Shown here piece by piece: positions 25,222 through 40,718 of a stretch of 64,000 bases of DNA. The notes beneath the pieces were generated by a model. That model was not told the DNA's origin and did no database searches. It worked only from the letters and a program-made list of their open reading frames with translations. The stretch spans positions 20,770,001 to 20,834,000 of the forward strand of contig OZ024751.1 in assembly GCA_964016885.1 (NCBI GenBank). Direction: 5' to 3'. This stretch comes from Eledone cirrhosa (Eukaryota). Made by a program: the position numbers and the translations under genes. Within the stretch, counting starts at the first letter, position 1. Each line of letters opens with the position of its first letter.

Positions 25222-26725
25222 TTAATTGTAAGTTGTGATGTTGCTGTTCCACTCATGTTCTCTATTTAATTTTGGTTGTAATTCATTTATGTTTATTACC
25301 TCTGTGATTTGTCTAAACATTGCGTCTTTTCTGTGTGTAGATTCTATTTTTATTTCTATGTTCTCTAATTTACCCTTATGTTCTATTTTAGCATGTTGGT
25401 AGAGTACAGATGATTCTTTACTATCTTGAAGGTCTCGCCAGTGTTCATTTATCCGTTCCCCTATACTACGAGCCGTCTCACCTATGTACACTATATTTTT
25501 ATCTCTACAATGTCCTTCAGTACATCTTATGCTATATACTACATTTCTAGTTTTACAGTTAATATGGGGGCTTAATTTACAGATTATACATTTCTTATCT
25601 ATACAGGGAGGTCTTTGAAAAGGCTATGTCTTGCTAATAAGTGTTTTTATAGAGGTACATGGTCTTTCTACTATCTTAATATTGAGTTTATATTTATCTA
25701 GGGCCCTTCTAAATTTGTAAGCTAATTCACCTCTAGGGGTTGTATCGATGAACATTACACTCTGGTATTTATTGCTATCATACCATGAGTTTATTCTATT
25801 AGCCTTATTCCTAGTTCTTTCTATTCTATTCCAAAATTTGCTCCTATACAAGGGTCAGGTCCCATTTGTATCATTATTTACCATTTTTTTCCCATTTGGT
25901 TCTGGCTCCTCTATATACTCTGATTTTATCTCTCTGATTGTAACCAGAGAACTGCATACGGTGGATGAAGTGTTGTATGTGTCTCTCTAGTTCTTCGGGG
26001 TTGCACATGCGTGACACGTTTCTCATCACCCGTACCAAATTCGCAATCAGTATGTTGATTTTGGTGTGATCCGAAACACCTGAGTTTCGGTGAATCATAT
26101 ATTTGGAAGTCATTGGTTTGGCATAATGGGAACGGAGGATTTGTTTTTTGTTATTAATGGTATCTAACCGGAGCTCTGTGTCTAGTACAGGTAATCGATG
26201 GTTGGGGTGTTTGCTTGGGTAGTCTATAGTAACTCTAATACTCTGGTGGATGGAGTTAGCTATTTGCTGGATGCTTTCCATTGTGTTTTTCTCTAATTCC
26301 TGACTGTTCTCTAGTGGGGGTGTTTTAACTACGATGTTTATATCATCAACGTAGCGGGAGTACATTATCAGGGTTAAGGGGACTTCTAATTGTTCTTTAA
26401 GTTTAAGTTTAACTCTACTGTCCCACCATACCATGAATAAGTTAGATATGTCGCCTGCAATGCTAACACCAATGGCTGCTCCCTCCTCTTGGGCATATGT
26501 TTTTCCATTAAATTTGAACATATGTTCCATAGGGGTTAATTTTATGCTGGCCCCCACCGCATGTGCAATCATTTTCTTTAGTTCATCGTGGTTTTCGGGG
26601 GTCCGTATGGCTCTGGTCCACACGTTCCATCTATCTGTGTGGGTTTTCTTGGCCATTGAGGTAATGGTAGGTGGTCGGCCTCTTGCTGGTCTTGTAGGGC
26701 ACAGGTTGCTAAGGAGGCAGACCAC
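25222..26725 (-). pseudogene. Disrupted PLE RT/GIY-YIG ORF
   Basis: ORFs 25874-26725, 25624-25851 and 25222-25491 join through one frameshift in an A-run and two in-frame stops. Confidence 0.9.
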
Positions 26726-26762
26726 CTACCATAACCATTTAAGTGTTTTTGTGTTGTAGTTC

Positions 26763-27362
<600 letters not shown>

Positions 27363-27475
27363 AGAAGTCTCTCACTCTCCCTCTCTTCTTTTCATGAACA
27401 TATAACCCACCCACTCATACACACACTCTGACAAGTGTATATAAATAAATCTAAATATATATATATAAATAAATC

Positions 27476-27512
<37 letters not shown>

Positions 27513-27695
27513 GCATACATTATGCAAAACACTCCCCATGTACTTTTTGTTTGCACCCAATGCACATACAGACCTACAACAATATATATATATATATATA
27601 TATATGCACCCACACCCATATATTTATACACACACACACACATATATATATATGCAGCTGCATGGCTATGCAGAAGAATAGATGTCTATATGTAT

Positions 27696-27802
<107 letters not shown>

Positions 27803-27832
27803 TGTATGTATGTATGTATGTATGTATGTATG

Positions 27833-28118
27833 TTGGTTAAGAGAGTGGGACTGGCTTTGTGCAGTGCCTTTGCTCACTATAAAAGCTTCACGGCACAGGC
27901 ATTGCTTTATATCTGGAGATCTCCCTGCACTTGTCGTCACATGGTACCATGGGCCCAGCACTAAGTGTCAATAATTGTCACAGGTGTAGTGTTTGTACCA
28001 GAGTTTTCAAGTCGCTGGCTGGACTAAAAAGTCACACTCGTTCAGCGCATCGGTAGGGGTTCTCCTACATGGATATAAAGTAGTGGCCGTACTCGAAAAC
28101 GAGTTGGCAGCCACCACC
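27833..28118 (+). mobile_element. Second, shorter copy of the (ATGT)n-flanked retroposon
   Basis: Matches about 2642-2925. Confidence 0.7.
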
Positions 28119-28156
28119 ATGTATGTATGTATGTATGTATGTATGTATGTATGTAT

Positions 28157-28192
<36 letters not shown>

Positions 28193-28418
28193 ATAAATGG
28201 GTGAATGTATGTATATACACACATATATATATATATGTGTAAATGTATGTAAAGTTGGTTATTTGGAACGCAGCTTACGAGTGTTAATGGTCGTGTTGGT
28301 AATTACTCTTAATTACTAGTAATTTAGGGAAAGGCAAAATTAATTAAATTTTGTTTTAAAAGCCTAATATAAACAAATTTATAATAATAACAACAACAAC
28401 AACAATGATAATAAAAAC

Positions 28419-28476
<58 letters not shown>

Positions 28477-28605
28477 ATCTCTCTCTCTCTCTCTCATACA
28501 CTCACTCACATACGCGCACACACATACACACACTCACATTTCATCTAATGTAAATATTATATATATATATATATATATATATGTGTGAGTGTGTGTGTGT
28601 GTATA

Positions 28606-28667
<62 letters not shown>

Positions 28668-28859
28668 AGTGTGTGTGTGTGTGTGTATATGTGTGTGTAT
28701 ATATATATATATATATATGTATAGGATATATTTATATATAAACGTACATACATGATACTTTGATTTGGTTAGTTGATGACTCATCAATTAGTAAGAGTAC
28801 GAATATTATTGAACTTTTCTTCGGTATTGAGTACTCATTCTCGCGTCCATCAACATAAC

Positions 28860-29376
28860 ACTTGACTGGTACTTTATTTTATCGACCCCGTAAGGATGAA
28901 AGGCAAAGTTAACCTCGGCGGGATTTAAACTCAGACTGTAAAGGGACGTAACTATGCTAGAAAGCATGGCGTCCGACCCTCTACCGATACTGCCAATTCA
29001 CCGAATGAATATAATGGTTTGTAACTCGCCGGGATTTGAACTCGAAACGTAAAGTAGCATAACCATATGCATGCCACAAGGTATTCTATCCAACGCTCTA
29101 ATCCACCACCCTAATAATTGTTTCTTTTTTTGTCACAAGTCCAACAATTATCTCAGTGCATTACTGGTACTTTATTTTATCGACCCCGTAAGAATGAAAG
29201 GCAAAGTTAACCTCGGCAGGATTTGAAATCAGAATGTAAAGGGCCCTAACTCTATGTTACGAAGCCTATTGTCCAATGCTCTGCCAATCCCTCGTCCTTG
29301 GACAATAGTAATAATTGTTTCTACTTTTGACACAAGGCCAGCAATTATCTCAGTACATTACTGGTACTTCATTTTA
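28860..29376 (-). mobile_element. Cluster of about 4 SINE S1 copies and fragments
   Basis: Repeated family motifs. Confidence 0.85.
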
Positions 29377-29540
29377 TATTGTGAAGTTGACCTAGTTAGA
29401 TTTTTTTAGAGCAATAAATAAATAAATAAATAAATAGGTGAATCAATAAATAAATGTTCAGCTAAACTTGTTTTCAGATCAGTTTCTTAAAAATAGCCCC
29501 AAATTAAGAAAAATGGGGGATTGTGTTTGAAAGTAGTCTC

Positions 29541-29624
<84 letters not shown>

Positions 29625-29960
29625 AAATAAGATGTGAAGACTAAAATTCGAAGAGGGTTCGATAAAGATAATATATATATAAAATATATAAAACCGTAGA
29701 GCAAATATTTATTAAAATAACAGATTAAAGTTTAAGCAAAGAATCGCTGCTTTCACCCTTATCCCGTTAAGGGTGAAAGCAGCGATTCTTTGCTTAAACT
29801 TTAATCTGTTATTTTAATATATATATATATATATATAATAATTGTTTCTACTTTTGGCACAAGGCCAGCAATGACTCAGTACATTACTGGTATTTTATTT
29901 TATCGACCCTGTAAGGATGAAAGGCAAAGTTAACCTCGGCGGGATTTGAACTCAGACCGT
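29375..29960 (+). repeat. Duplicate of the composite segment at about 6678-7260
   Basis: Near-identical unique sequence + TA run + family B hairpin + SINE. Confidence 0.9.
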
Positions 29961-30603
29961 AAAGGGCCGTAACTCTATGCTGCAAAGCATGGCGCCCGAC
30001 CCTCTACCAACACTGCCCTACTGTATAATAACATAATAAATCTACAGTTTATACACATAAAAAAATAGTTTTGTGTGTGTTCATGTCTGTTTGTGGGTGT
30101 GTGTATGAGTGTGTTTGTTTATATGTAAGTGTGTGTGTGTTTGGAAATGACCATAAATGGCCGTGTGAGTATGTATACGTTTGTGCGCGTGTGTGTGTTT
30201 GGAAGTGGCCAAAAAAGGCCGTGTGTGTACGTATATGTTTGTGCGTGTGTGTGTCTGTGCGTGTGTGTTTATGTGTAAATGCGTGTGTGTGTGTGTTTGG
30301 AAATGGCCAAAAATGGCGGTTACTCCAGAAATGTAATTGCTTCAGTTTCGACACACGGTCTCAGATGAAGGTTTCTTGCCAAACATCTAAGTAGTAATAA
30401 GTAAAAGGTCAGAAATATAAGCCATGAGATAATAGGAGAAAAACTGTTGGAAATTTACCAAAGAATTTCTCTTTAGAAAGAAATGTTAAACATATTTTGG
30501 AATTGTCCATCTTGAAGGTTTTATTCCCAAGTTTGTTATCTCATTAAAAAAGCCAGCTTCAGGTGAAATAACAATTCCGTGTTGCTTCTGTTTTATATGC
30601 CAC

Positions 30604-30663
<60 letters not shown>

Positions 30664-30771
30664 GTCTCACTCTTTCATCTTGTATCACCCTGTCTCGCTT
30701 CCCTTTTTTTTTACCATTTCCTCCCGTTTTCTGTTTTTGTACCCGGTTTTGATGTTTGTTTACATGTATAA

Positions 30772-30852
<81 letters not shown>

Positions 30853-31024
30853 CTGTGTATGCGGGTGTGTTATAGGTGTATATAGACACACCTATATATA
30901 TATATATTTATATATATATAAACATATGTATACACACATATAGTGTATGTATATTTGTATGTATATATATATATGTATATATATACATGTATATGTTTGT
31001 ATATATATGTGTATATACATGTAC

Positions 31025-31064
<40 letters not shown>

Positions 31065-31170
31065 ACACACACACAAATATATATATATTTATGTAAATAA
31101 ATATAAACATAAATATACATACATATATATATATGTGTATAAAATATATAAATATATTTATATATTTTAT

Positions 31171-31220
<50 letters not shown>

Positions 31221-31494
31221 TGTTATGTATGGTTGGTGCCACCTTACAAAAGAGTGATGGAAACTACTGCAGTATTCAACATTTAAGCCAAACATCTTTA
31301 CATTTCACAGAATACATATATTCTTAATTACTTTCTTTCTTTCTTTCCATTTATCTTTGCACTTCTTCGAATGTTAAAACCATCAAATTTACCATTTTCA
31401 CTTATAGTTTTGCCATTCGTGTTCCAAAGTGAATAATTATCTCACTGGAATTCTAGTAATGTCCATTTTCACTAAACTTCGACAAATAGTATCA

Positions 31495-31690
31495 TAATAA
31501 CTGTTTCTACGTTAGGCACAAGGCCAGCAATTACCCAGTGCATTACTGGTACTTTATTTTATCGACCCCGTAAGGATGAAAGGCAAAGTTAACCTCGGCG
31601 GGATTTGAACTCAGAATGGCAAGGGCCGTAACTCTATGCGTCAAAGCATGGCGTCCGACCCTCTACCGATACTGCCAATCCACCGCCTTC
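31495..31690 (-). mobile_element. SINE S1, full length
   Basis: Family consensus with A/B boxes. Confidence 0.9.
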
Positions 31691-31770
31691 CAAATAATAT
31701 CATAATAACAAAAGGAAGGGAAGAAGTGTAGGGAGCGCCAAATTCTACAATCCAGTCAGTGGAGTATCTC

Positions 31771-32195
31771 TCACCTGCGGCCTACGGACACAATGACGAA
31801 GGTATTGCCACGGAGAATGGCCAGCGACACCCGCTGCAACAGTTTCTCCATCTCATGAACCTCCTTTCTAAGGCAGACTGCTGTTTTTCTGATTTTTTTA
31901 AAGGACAATGACAGTTCTGGGGCCAAGGACACCTGAGGTCTTGACAGCAACCGGTGTTTTAAAAGAACCCATCTGTCAAATCCCGATATTTGGCGATTTC
32001 CGTCTCCTCTGAAAGGCGGGCGACAGTGCCTGGGTTTGTGACCGAAGCGACACGGCTGGAGGCGAAGGACGAGTCGCAACATGTGGCATCCCAGATCTTT
32101 GATTTACCTCATTCAAAGAGTTATCCCTTCCTGGCGTTTACCATCGTCACGATCGAGGCCAGGCGGTGCCAACCACGTCGAAGCTCCTTCGGATT
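31771..32195 (-). mobile_element. CRE-like non-LTR retrotransposon, degenerate restriction-like endonuclease C-terminus
   Basis: PPGLDRDDGKRQEGITL..WDATCCDS..KYRDL..LLQRVSLAILRGN across frames. Confidence 0.75.
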
Positions 32196-32442
32196 ACGTA
32201 ATTCATTATAATTATTTCTCGGATAAATTTAATGTATGCTTAAAAGGGAAAAGAAATATGTCAATCTTTTCGTCGGAAAAGGAAAGTAAGTTTCCATTGG
32301 ATCTACCTGCGTATCGCAACTCCTAGCAGAAACGCCACCGGTTTTCCTGTGACAAAGACAACTGAAGCTAAAATAAAATAAAATACATCAAGCCACAAAA
32401 AATAGTTTGCTGCTTAAATAGATATTTCGAATTAGGGAGAGT

Positions 32443-32820
32443 GGAAGCACGTGGCCTAGTGGTAAAAGTGTTGGACATACGATCATAATGTTGTGGGTTC
32501 GATTGCTAGACTGCTTTATGTGTTGTGCTTTTGAGTAAAACACTTTATTTCACGTTGCTCCTCTATACTTAGCTGAAAATGAATACCAGCAATAGCTGAG
32601 GGTTTAACTCTGCGATGAACTGTCGCCCCGTCCAAAGGGAGGTCATGTACTCTCAGTTATTTAACACCACGGAAACCGGGATAAACAGCTGCCAGATGAG
32701 CCACCAGGCTCGAGACAGACTTTAACCCTGTGATGGACTAGCGTCCTGTCCTGGGGGAGTACTGTACACTCAGTAGTTTAATGCCACGGAAACCAGGATA
32801 AGAACCAGCATGATGAGTCT
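32443..32820 (+). mobile_element. Second SINE family (S2: tRNA head + CORE-like + V-like domain) with duplicated 3' part
   Basis: tggcctagtgg, gggttcgatt, ttgagtaaaacactttatttc, ccctgtgatggactagcgtcctgtcc; relatives at 52420-52670, 53310-53440 and 59835-59950. Confidence 0.75.
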
Positions 32821-33158
32821 CCTAGTTCGAGACAGACTTAGACATTAGTGGGTTTAAATGGATGTGAAGTGTTAGTTCTACTGATGATGTAGCCACAGCG
32901 ATGGGAACGAGATCATCGGAAGGTCTTGAGTTCATATCCCGCTGGATGAGTGTCAAAAACAACAGGAGGTCACCTAGGAGTCATGATCTAGGTGGGCCCA
33001 GCTCCCTTAGACTCTCAGGAGGAAACAAGGGCCGAAACTCTTGTTTGACGTGAATTATTTCTCTAAGGATATTCCTGCTGTCCACACACCCCGTCACAAA
33101 TTTCTATCATGCATACATACACACACATATATATATATATATACATACATACACACAT

Positions 33159-33213
<55 letters not shown>

Positions 33214-33303
33214 CACACATGCATGCATGCATACATACATGCATACACACTTCCATCCATACATACATAATTTATTGCTCCTTATATATAAATCCTGCTT
33301 GAG

Positions 33304-33363
<60 letters not shown>

Positions 33364-33497
33364 CAATAGGTTGTACTGTAGGTACCATGTAAAGGTCAGT
33401 AGTTTCCAGTGAAGAGATTGTAGCAAATAAATAAATAAATAACAAGCAACAGACAACGTCTAGACACGAGAGGTTAATGAGAAGTTAATCAGAGAGA

Positions 33498-33549
<52 letters not shown>

Positions 33550-33734
33550 CTGCAATGTCTAGACAGTTAATGAGAGAGAAAGAGAGTGAGAGAGAGGGGG
33601 TGTGGTGGAGAAAGCGATAGATAGATAGAAGATAGATAAATAGAAAGAGAGGGAGAGGGAGAGACTGAGAGACACTTTACGTCAGATTTTGAGAAACTTG
33701 TTTACACCCAAAGGGGGAATCATTACACCCAAAG

Positions 33735-34066
33735 AGCGAAACAATCTGTGGCCACAACAGTGTTCAGAAATGAGGGGCGAATCATCACACAACAGCGAAA
33801 CAATCTGTGGCCACAACAGTGTTCATAAATGAGGGGCGAATCATCACACAACAGCGAAACAATCTGTGGCCACAACAGTGTTCATAAATGAGGGGCGATT
33901 CATCACACAACAGCGAAACAATCTGTGGCCGCAACAGTGTTCATAAATGAGGAGCGAATCATCACACAACAGCGAAACAATCTGTGGCCGCAACAGTGTT
34001 CATAAATGAGGAGCGAATCATCACACAACAGCGAAACAATCTGTGGCCGCAACAGTGATCAGAAAT
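33735..34066. repeat. 59-bp minisatellite, about 5.5 copies
   Basis: gcgaaacaatctgtggcc every 59 bp. Confidence 0.95.
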
Positions 34067-34179
34067 ATAATTTTTTAAATGTCTGTAGACTAGAACAAGA
34101 ATGTACCTTGTGATGTTTGTTACAGCTCTCTGTGTTCCAACCTGGGAGCTCGTTTTGAGGGTAAATCTAATCCGATACC

Positions 34180-34274
<95 letters not shown>

Positions 34275-34625
34275 TAAACGGAATAGAAAATGCTGACAAA
34301 TTGTTCACAGTGAAAAATAGTTTAATTAGGAATAAGTGAGAATTAGTAATAGTATTGGTTAGTATTCAGTTTTGGTTTTAAGTTTTACCGGTTGCGCATT
34401 TCTAATGCTTTTCAAAAATAATTTTGAGATAGAGCGTCCGTGATGTTTGCTCTGATCTATATATATATATAGTAATAATAGTAATAATAATAAAATTGAA
34501 ATATTAAAGAGTTAAACAAGATTCAATGAGTACATCAAAGAATGAGTTTTACAGTAGATTGGAAGCACTCTACAAGTAAATATTTTCCAGAGGTAACAAA
34601 ATAGATGTTCTTGTGATCAATTAAA

Positions 34626-34689
34626 TTTTATTATACATATTTCAGAGGTACTTGAATCAGGTTCAACAGTACGTCCTCATCAGATAAAA
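34626..34689 (-). ncRNA. Type I hammerhead ribozyme in a fold-back terminus (about 34490-34745)
   Basis: ttttat-CTGATGA-ggacgtac..gtacctct-GAAA-tatgta-TA-ataaaa. Confidence 0.75.
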
Positions 34690-34753
34690 TCAAATTATTT
34701 TATCAATAAAATTTAATTGATCACAAGAACATCTATTTTGTTAATATTTGAAT

Positions 34754-34810
<57 letters not shown>

Positions 34811-34813
<3 letters not shown>

Positions 34814-35012
34814 GCTTTTTAATTTGTTTTGCGAGATTTCTTATCTGAAATCGTGTGTTGAAACAGATATTGTTATAATTTGGGAGGGTCATGGCGCCAA
34901 TAAAAACACACGCACCTGTTGGTTGGTTGGTTGGTTCGATAACCGGATGGTTGTCTATATATTGTCAAAGCTCTTTCGTCACACATTCTGTGACCTCTTC
35001 AGTGACTAGGTT
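34811..35012 (-). mobile_element. Solo terminus of the 24.8-kb PLE family with HHR at 34964-35006
   Basis: gtca-CTGAAGA-ggtcacagaatgtgtgac-GAAA-gagc-TT-tgac. Confidence 0.8.
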
Positions 35013-35030
35013 TTTTATTCTGTCTCTATG

Positions 35031-35062
<32 letters not shown>

Positions 35063-35119
35063 TATTGCCATCGAAAAGATGACGTAGATATACAATACAA
35101 CGGGAGGAGCATAGTAGTA

Positions 35120-35161
35120 CCAACTGACGATGTTGCAGATGTGCAACGAAAGAACTTTGTT
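35120..35161 (+). ncRNA. Minimal hammerhead ribozyme-like motif
   Basis: CTGACGA-t-gttgca-gatg-tgcaac-GAAA-gaac-TT; stem I is imperfect. Confidence 0.6.
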
Positions 35162-35329
35162 ATACTATATATATATGTGTTTATATCTATATTATATCTG
35201 TATTTTTGACCGTTGGTCAGTCAATGGTAAACATTGAGGACCGAATGAACTAACTGATGTAAAAGACACAGAAGCGAAAACCAACCAAACAGTGAGTGTG
35301 TTCTGTTATTAATTCTGGCAATATTATTA

Positions 35330-35512
35330 CATGGCAGTATCGGTAGAGGGTCGGACGCCATGCTTTGACGCATAGAGTTACGGCCCTTGCCATTCTGAGT
35401 TCAAATCCCGCCGAGGTTAACTTTGCCTTTCATCCTTACGTGGTCGATTAAATAAAGTACCAGTAATGCACTAGGTAATCGCTGGCCTTGTGCCAAAAGT
35501 CGAAACAATTAT
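35330..35512 (+). mobile_element. SINE S1
   Basis: Family consensus. Confidence 0.9.
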
Positions 35513-35541
35513 TACAGCAATATGACCCTCTCCAAGTATAA

Positions 35542-36322
<781 letters not shown>

Positions 36323-37440
36323 TTTCAGTGAAAAATTTATTTGAACTCTAAGAACGAACTTTTTAAAGGATGTCTACAATTCAAGGCCAAATCTTTGCTG
36401 TGTGGAAACACTCAATGAATTCATGACTTTGAACCACCTTGATATTGATGTCTATACTTTCTTAATAACCTTTCCTTTTCCACACTTACACAACGCAGTA
36501 CACCTACTATGATACTCAGCTCTAGAACTTAAATAATTATAAACATTTTTGTATTACTGCCACATAATGCTGCTATATTGAGTACACACAAATACGAACA
36601 ATAACATAGCTATTCCAAATTTACATCTTGTGTTATTTCCTTTTGTTATAATACATTTAATGGCGGCGAATTGGCAGTCGTTAGAACGTCGGATAGAATG
36701 TTTTATGGGATTCGTTCCGGCTCTCTACTCTCGGAGTTCAAATGCCGCCAACGTCAACTTTGCCTTTCATCCTTTCAAGATCGATTCTTCCTCTCTCTGG
36801 AAGAAATTTGCTGTGCCCAGGCCTGGAGTGGGACGAACTACGCCAGGCTTAGAATGACCAACAACGCCGTATGTCAATCAGGAGTTACAGGACCACACCA
36901 TACCTTACTATGTTTATAATTTAGAGATAGTTTTTCTTAAAGAAACGTTTAGCACACTATTTTTTAACGGTATCTTCAAATTCGTCCAACCGCCTGATGA
37001 CTAGGTCACACATTTTATCATTCTTCCACTCTTCACCACTGGGCACAATCTGGGGAGATGGTCATAAATACTGACAAATCACTTCACTTACTAACGATTT
37101 CTGATTTAGGCACAAGGCTAACAATTTTGGGTGAGAGGAAAGTCGATTAAATTGACCCTAGTGTATTACTGATACTTTGTTCTATCGACCCCGGAAGGAG
37201 GAAAGGTAAAATAGACCTCGGCGGTATTTGAACTCAGAACATAAAGGAACATAACTCTATGCTGAAAAGCATGTTGTCCAATGCTCACATGATTCTACCA
37301 ACCCATTGCCCAATGGGAGGCTTTTAACAAGGAGTCGTGTTTGATCAGGATTGAACTGGGACCATTAACCCTTGCAGCAGGAGAGTATCATGGACATCAG
37401 CATTCGTGGAAAATTACTAGTACTACTACTTACTACCATA

Positions 37441-37579
<139 letters not shown>

Positions 37580-37767
37580 CAGTAGCAGGTAGGGTTTGAT
37601 TAAGGACCATCTCAAGCTGTGGCGGCCTTGTAACCAATCTCCTATCCCCGTCCCTAGCAGTTCAGTATGCTGTTGGCAAACATTTCCCTTCTCCCTAGAC
37701 TCAGTGTACTTTTAGGCGTAAATAGGCAACCTGCCCCAAACGATGGAGGGTTAATGAAGAAAAACAT

Positions 37768-37803
<36 letters not shown>

Positions 37804-38289
37804 ATGTTTATAAAATATTTACTTGTTGTAACCCAACAATTTTAAATGAAACTTTTGCATATATTATATATATATATATATATTATATATACATATAAGG
37901 AAGGAAAGAGTGAAAGAACGAAAGGACGACAACAAAAAATAAGACAACCATGAGAAGAAGAAAGTAAAAAACAAAGAAAGAAAGAAGAAAAGAGAAATAC
38001 GAAAGAAGACTAGAAAAAAAGGGTAAAAAAAAAGAAGAAAGAAAAAATCGAAACTACATTAAAACATAAAAAAGAGAAGAAAAGAAATGAGAGAAGAAAG
38101 AAAGGAGAGACAGAGACAGAGAAAGGAGAGAAAGAAATGAGAGAAAGACGTGGGGATGGGGGAAGAAAAGGAGAGTGGTGGGAAAGGAAAGGAGGGTGGT
38201 TTGTTGTCATTTGATGTCATGTTGACCTTTTAAAGTGTGTAGGTTGTAGACAAGTGTAATTAATTATACCATGTAGCAACAAACAGGTG

Positions 38290-39700
38290 GGAGGAAGAGA
38301 TGAGGGGCTAGGTAGAGGATGGTGTATATAGTGGTGGGAGACGGGGAGGGGTAGAAAGATGACATGGGGTGAGGTAGGAGGAGTAGGCAGAGGATTGTAT
38401 ATGTAGGGGGAGGGAGAGATGGGGGAATAGAAAGAATACATGCGGGTAGGTGGAGGGTGGTGTATGATGATGAAGTGAAGGAGAGGGGGTAAAAAACATA
38501 TGCACGTAGGGGGAAGGGAGAGACGGGGGGATAGAAAGACATGGGGGTAGGAAGAGGGTGGTGCATGTAGGAGTGGGGGAGGGAGAGAGAGGGGGATCGA
38601 AAGATGATATGAGGGTAGGAGAAGTGTGGTATATGTAGGGGGTAGAGAGAGAGGAGGAGGAGTAAAGAAATGACATAGAGGTAGGCGAAGGGTGAAGTAT
38701 GAGGAGGAGAGAAGGAGAAGGGGTAGAAGACGTAGGTGAGGTGGGATGGGACGAGGGTGAAGTATGAGGGAGGGGTAGAAGACATAGGTGAGGTGGAGGT
38801 GGGAGGAGGGTGAAGTATGAGGGGGGTATAAGACATAGGTGAGGTGGAGGAGGGAGGAGAGTGAAGTATGAGGGGGGTAGAAGACAGGTGAGGTGGAGGA
38901 GGGAGGAGGGTGAAGTATGAGGGGGTAGAAGACATAGGTGAGGTGGAGGAGGGTGAAGTATGAGGGGGGTAGAAGACATAGGAGAGGTGGAGGTGGGAAG
39001 AAGTAGACGGGTATATGTGGAGGTGGGACGGGTATATCTGAAGACAAAGAGCTGGATTGGAATAAGACAGGTGGGTAGAAGGAGGCGGTGGGGGTAAAAG
39101 AAGTGTGTGGTAAGGTGGAAGGAGGGGGAGATAGGGATTTAAAAAGTTGAATAAAATGGGGTGAGCTGGGGTGGGGTGGGGGAGGGGGGTTATATGGGGA
39201 GATAGGGACTAAGAGTATTTGCAAAACGAACGAACTGACAAAAACAGTTTGAGATGGTAATAGTGGTGGTGGTGGTGGTGGTAGTGGTGCTGGTAGTGGT
39301 AGTGGTGGTGGTGGTAGTGGTGGGGATTGTAGTGGTAGTGGTGGTGGTGGTAGTGGTGGGGATGGTATTGGTAGTGCTAGTGGTGGTGGTAGTAGTGGTA
39401 GTGGTGAGGGTGGGGTGGTAGTGGTAGTGGTGTGGTGGGGATGGTAGTGGTAGTGGTAGTGGTGGTGGGTGTAGGGGTGGGGTGGTGATGGGGGTGGTAG
39501 TGGTGGGGTGATGATGGGGTGGTAGTGGTGGTGGTGGTGGGGGGGGGGGCATTGGGGGTGGTGGTGGTGGTAGTGGGGGGGATGGTAGTGGTAGTGTTGG
39601 TGTTGGTGGTAGCGGTGGTGGTGATAGTAGTGGGGTGATGGTGGTGGTAGTGACGGTGGTAGTAATGGTAGTGACAGTAGTAAGAGTGGTAGTGATAGTT
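38290..39700. repeat. G-rich low-complexity region containing an about 55-bp minisatellite (38690-38995) and (GGT)n
   Basis: gtgaagtatgagggggg..agacataggtgaggtggagg recurs. Confidence 0.85.
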
Positions 39701-39817
39701 GGTTTGTAGTAATATGTAACAAGTACATCTAAAGCTGTATCACCAACATCTGAAGAAAACTGAATTAACAAACAACTATCTTCTTCCTATGTATTGATAA
39801 TTTCAAAAAATTACATT

Positions 39818-40240
39818 ACTCTCTCTCTCTTTAAATATATATATACGTCTCTCTCTCTCTCTCTAAATATATATATATATACGTCTCTCTGTCTCCCTCT
39901 AAATATATATATATATACGTCTCTCTCTCTCTCTAAATATATATATATATATACGTCTCTCTCTCTCTCACTCTAAATATATATATATATATATATATAT
40001 ACGTCTCTCTCTCTCTCTCACTCTAAATATATATATATATATACGTCTCTCTCTCTCTCTAAATATATATATATATACGTCTCTCTCTCTCTCTCTCTAA
40101 ATATATATATATATACGTCTCTCTCTCTCTCTCTCTAAATATATATATATATACGTCTCTCTCTCTCCCTCTCTAAATATATATATATATACGTCTCTCT
40201 CTCTCTCTCTAAATATATATATATATACGTCTCTCTCTCT

Positions 40241-40270
<30 letters not shown>
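39818..40270. repeat. Higher-order repeat (TA)n-CG-(TC)n-TAAA, about 11-12 units
   Basis: Read directly from sequence. Confidence 0.9.
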
Positions 40271-40275
<5 letters not shown>

Positions 40276-40315
40276 ATATTAACAAATGGAATCTATATTT
40301 ATAAAACCATATTTA

Positions 40316-40376
40316 TTTCATTATACATATTTCAAGGACACCAAAGCAAATTATGGTGCGCTTTCATCAGATAAAA
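40316..40376 (-). ncRNA. Type I hammerhead ribozyme, family F
   Basis: ttttat-CTGATGA-aagcgcacca..tggtgtcctt-GAAA-tatgta-TA-atgaaa. Confidence 0.75.
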
Positions 40377-40510
40377 TATAATATAGATCAGTTTTATAAA
40401 CAAATATTGACATACCCTTAAAGAATGCGACCATGTCAGTTGGAAGCTCCCTTTATATCAGTTATAAAAATATTTGCTTGTTGTATCCCAACAAATTAAA
40501 TATAACTTCT

Positions 40511-40564
<54 letters not shown>

Positions 40565-40678
40565 CTTCTATATAAATATAATATAAATATATAACTTCTA
40601 TATAAATATATAACTTCTATATAAATATATATATAAATATATATACACACATGCACACTCACACACATATATACGCAA

Positions 40679-40718
<40 letters not shown>

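Larger units (their letters stand above)
24830..26762 (-). mobile_element. 5'-truncated Penelope-like retroelement (RT, Cys-rich linker, GIY-YIG, pseudo-LTR with HHR)
   Basis: YAQEEGAAIG, YSRYVDDINI, CIDKKCIIC..NCKTRNVVYSIRC, YIGETARSIGERINEH, LNREHEWN; embedded in (TA)n. Confidence 0.92.

Noticed and set aside
25853-25860. In-frame TGA in the PLE ORF (GT*PLYR) as selenocysteine
   Set aside because: The element also has a frameshift and a TAG; CGA>TGA decay is simpler and no SECIS is evident
32880-33060. CTGATGA near 32881, CTGAAGA near 5104 rc, CTGATGA near 49088 rc, CCGAAGA near 19280 rc
   Set aside because: Could not assemble complete stems I-III with GAAA and NUH, so these were not counted as ribozymes
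33735-34066. CRISPR-like appearance of regular repeats (also 1-328, 8478-9121, 51235-51815)
   Set aside because: Contiguous tandem units with no unique spacers, no cas genes, and a eukaryotic context
38217-39771. 503-aa Pro/His-rich and Thr-rich ORFs
   Set aside because: Low-complexity (GGT)n and minisatellite DNA with no domain signal
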